Below, in pieces: positions 60,261 through 64,000 of a stretch of DNA of 64,000 nt (within the stretch, counting starts at the first letter, position 1; each line of letters starts with the position of its first letter). Under the pieces are notes generated by a model, which ran no database searches, was not told the origin of the DNA, and was given only the letters and a program-made list of their open reading frames with translations. The stretch is from assembly GCA_036172245.1 (NCBI GenBank), contig JAYWIR010000045.1, forward strand, positions 1,364,001 to 1,428,000, in the 5' to 3' direction. The translations under genes and the position numbers were made by a program. The stretch is from Raillietiella orientalis. Its lineage: Eukaryota.

Positions 60261-63200
60261 AATCCATCAGCATATGGGGGAGTGATTCACTCTCCTCGCA
60301 CCTGACCCAGCTGGAACCCCCTCGCACCTTCGCCTTTCCCCGCGAAGACGGCGACGTCCGGTTTCTGCTTTCCGCTGTCTCTCGCGGACCGCCGCTCCAA
60401 TACACTTCCAGCGCGCCCTTCCTTCCCCGCTCCCGGACTGCCGCATCGGAAGGGACGCGCCACCACCCAAGTGAAGTCTGTGGAACCGCTCTTGAGCTCC
60501 GCAGCTCGTTCGCTTTTCCCTTCTCCTGGGCTCGAGAGCAGCTCTTCACTCGCGGGATCCCGACCGGGACTTTCGAAGGCACCAGCTCCCACCCGCGTTC
60601 CATGCCTCCGGGAACCTCTCCTCCGGCGGGAGACCACCCCTCCCCATTTTGGAGGCAGCCACGACACTCGCTCGGGTGCTCCCCCATAACTCCCCCGCAG
60701 CTTCCCCCTTGAAGCGCAGACTCTCCTTCGGATACATCGATCCCCGAGCCCATCCCTCGCGGAGCGGGGGAAGGGGGAGACTCAGGGAAGGACGCCCCTT
60801 TTTCTGGGATGGACATCCGGGAGTAGAAGGGCGAAGTCTGGAGGGGGGGGGGGCTCACGTGCTCTTTCCGAGGTCCTCGTTGGTCTCAGCGCCGAGCGGA
60901 GTCAGGATGTTTTTTTTCGGGGGCGGGTTTCAAGCACTGAAGGTGGCGAACCTTCGGTTTAGGGCAGGGACCCTCCGGGTGAAAAACGTCCCTCCCCCTG
61001 CTCCTCCTTCCAGAGAGGTGACCCAGGGGCAAGGGAAGCAGTGGGATCGAGAAGGAGCTTCGGAACGAACCGCGGCAGTGAAGGCGCAGGGTGCCAGGGG
61101 CTTCGAGGGACCAAGCGCTCGGCTGCCAAAAGTCAAATTATGCATGGGCGTTGCGTCCTTTGGATGCAGGCAGACAGGACCGTTCCGTCCGGCACCCGTT
61201 CTGCTGACCGGCAACTCTTTCAAGCGCAGGTCTTTTCTCCTCTGGCAGGCAAAACGAAGACAAAAAAAAAAAACATTCCTGGTGTTCCGGACTACCTCGC
61301 CGCGTCCCGCAGTTTCCCCTTCGCATGCCGGTCCATGCATTTCGGGGAGGAAGCGCCAAGCAACACGGAAAGGCGAGTCGTTTCCGGTTCCTCAACAGTG
61401 AGGACGTGGCCAGCTGCGAACACCAGACCGCATTCGACCCTTATCCTCGCCTCCGCCGTCTCTATCTCGCTTCGGCTGTTGCCCATGGGAACCGCGGAGG
61501 CCTTCGATCCCGCTCTCCTCCCGTTCCGGAGTGCTGCTGCCGGGAGCGCGCTGCGGACGTCTTGTCTCGTGAGCGGAGGAGAGGCAGCCGTTCTCGCGGA
61601 GCGTCCCTTGATGGGATCGTCCAGCATCCGTTTGGGGAGGACTCGTGCAGCTCGCCGAAGGGGAACTCGGCTGGTAGGCACAGTCCCGCTTCCCACCAGT
61701 ATCCGCGGGGACTCCTCCATCTTGAGGAGGTTGCTCCACTCGACTGCCTCCAGCCGTTCTGGGTTTCGGTAGCCCCCGTCGCCAGCTGACCGTGGCTGGT
61801 GAACGCCGTCGTTCGATCAGCACAGAGCGTGGAGTAGTTCACCGCAGGACGGAGCGAATGTCCTCGCTATGACCTTTCCTTGATCAGCATGTCCTTCCCT
61901 CCCTTTCAACCTGCTATCAGCATCCCTCACCGTTCGTGGAGAGGACTCTTTTGCGGTCCGGTCTGTCTGCTGCGTTCGTGGCACGATTGCAGCATGGTCC
62001 ACGCTGCAGGACTCTTTCTCGAGAATCTCTCGATTTTTCGATTTTCTTTTTTCCTTTTCTTTTTTTTTGCCTATGTTTCTAAAGATGGGGACAATAACCT
62101 ACTCACTGGAAAATTCTCAAACGGCATCAGAGCTCATGTTCCGATCCGAGGGAATCCCGGAAGACCCGCTTTTTCAGAAGGGGAAAGTCGTTTCCTCGTG
62201 CTACGCTCCCATTTTTTCCCCGGTCGCGTGCTTTCCGTAATCTCTGGTCTCTTCCCGATGCTGCACTAAAGCTTCGTGCACTTTCTCGATTGATGCAGGT
62301 CGTCATCTGGAGCTTACGGCAATGCTTGAGAGTCTTTCGGTTCTTAGAAGTCGCCTTTCAGGAAGGCTTGCTCTGGCCAACTCTGGGCATCGGACATTCT
62401 CCGATCTCGAATTGGACTCGCGGCGCAATCCCTGCTTTAACCCAGGAAAAGATTCCTGCTTCGTCTCTACGTGTAGCCCCTCCACGACGCGCAGTTCCTT
62501 TTCCGTGGTGTCCTAAAGAACCACTCGCCCATCAACCGTCGCTGCTCTGACCGAGCTTCGACGCCCGCGAGCATCCTAGCAACCACGTTTTCGTCAAAGT
62601 ATTCCTCAGGCGATTTAGGGTCAGAAGTTTTGTGGCCGTCTGACTCGGAGGCATCGCCCAACTCGGTGGACCTGACAACGGACGGCTTTTTATTCCGACG
62701 GCGCCCGAAAAGGAGGCATGGATTTCACGTGGAGACCTGAAGATTTCCTATCGGTCGTCGGAACGAGTTCAACCCGACCTTCTGTATTTTTTGGCTTTCC
62801 CTTTGTTTTTCCTGTTTTCCTTTCTCCGCACGAACCCATTGCATCCTGATTTATTTGGCCACGTCGAGCCTTCCCCAGGTCCGGCAAGCACAAGGGGGAT
62901 GGATTCACTGTACGCAACTCATACACGAACACACCGAAACAGCATCCTTCACGTCACCATGTAACATTTTTCCGGATTTTCGTCAGTTGAAGTTATCGAA
63001 CATTCCGCTCACTCGGGTTGTATCCATAGTCCTTCTCAAGATGTAGCGATGCACCCAGGCTGGGATTCCGCCGCTGGTCCAGGTTCCGACCTCCCTCTCA
63101 GGATGTTCACTGCAGGCATTGTTTCCCTTGCATTCCTCATTTTTGTCCTTATCACGATGCTCGTGATGAAAAGAGTGGTGGTCGTTCTCATCGTGGGATG

Positions 63201-64000
63201 TACTGGGAGAGCATTGCAGTTCCCTTCAAGCAGTCCCTCCAGGATTTCCATCCTCGCTCTCGGAGGCCATGTGCCTTCTGAGGTCTCAGCGCGTGGCACC
63301 AGTCGCTGCGGGTTCGAATACTCCGAAAGAAATCGACGCAGAGCGTCATGGGTTCCGAGTTCCTCCCGCAAGATGGCGCTGGTTGGCCTGCATTCACTCG
63401 GGTGCGGCATTGGTAGCGGTTCAAACCGGATGCCCCCGGTTAGGGCCGGGACAACGGGAGTCGACCTTCAGGTACTTCCAGGAATCAAGGAGTGAGGAGT
63501 TCTTCCCCTCCGGTTGTGCAAAGGAGAGCGGACCCCCCAGTGTGGGGGACCCCTCCTGTCCGTTCAGATGGAGTAGGTGTGTAGCCTCCTCTCCAGAGAG
63601 TGCAGAGAAGCGGGCCGATCCCTTCGGATAAGCAGCGCCCTTCTGAATTTCGGAAGTGTCCCTTCAGGATTCCCTTCAGAGTAACAAACAGGAGCGGGAT
63701 CCCTTGCGGAGGGTCCCTCCGGAGAGAATAAGGAAGGAGATTCCCTTCGCGGTTCCTCTTCGGAGACAAGCAGGATGGAGGTGATCTCCATTCCGGGGAT
63801 CCCTCCCCAAGAGTGAAAGGAATGGACTCCGAGCCCTTCCTGGATTCATAGTGCGGACCCCCTATCTTGAAGAATTACCACACTCTCGGGTGGCGTGGAA
63901 CAGCGTTCAAGAGCTGAGTGAGTCGCGAGGCGCGCGACGGCTCCTGAGGTGCTCAGCGAACCAAAAAAAACAAAACCCGAAAAAAAAAAAAAAATGCCGA
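60260..64000. mobile_element. Mixed degenerate LINE fragments
   Basis: 61630-61760 (+) resembles 31750-31840, and ~63200-63900 (-) resembles the ORF1-like region near 29300. No intact ORF. Confidence 0.35.

Overview
This is eukaryotic animal DNA, most likely arthropod, not a prokaryotic locus; most ORFs in the six-frame track are spurious read-through of GC-rich repeats. Supported content: (1) a spliced anoctamin/TMEM16 gene on the minus strand, with five recognisable exons at 14350-2192, one well-supported and one probable GC-AG intron, a 45-bp intron and a ~10.4-kb TE-filled gap; (2) an intact 864-aa AT-hook + 4x C2H2 zinc-finger gene (48084-50678, +) in an AT-rich, CpG-poor block; (3) GC-rich graveyards of degenerate non-LTR retrotransposons (L1/Tx1-like and CR1-like) plus a nested Tigger/pogo-like remnant; (4) a ~340-bp AT-rich, pseudogenised bacterial ftsH fragment (30300-30640) that looks like a nuclear Wolbachia transfer. 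The best leads are that transfer, a structurally conserved but sequence-divergent 3' stem-loop plus a terminal motif shared by the L1/Tx1-like copies, the GC splice donors, and a twin hairpin upstream of the zinc-finger gene. I found no CRISPR array, RNA gene or intact novel multi-gene system. All homology calls come from motif recognition by eye and need database confirmation.
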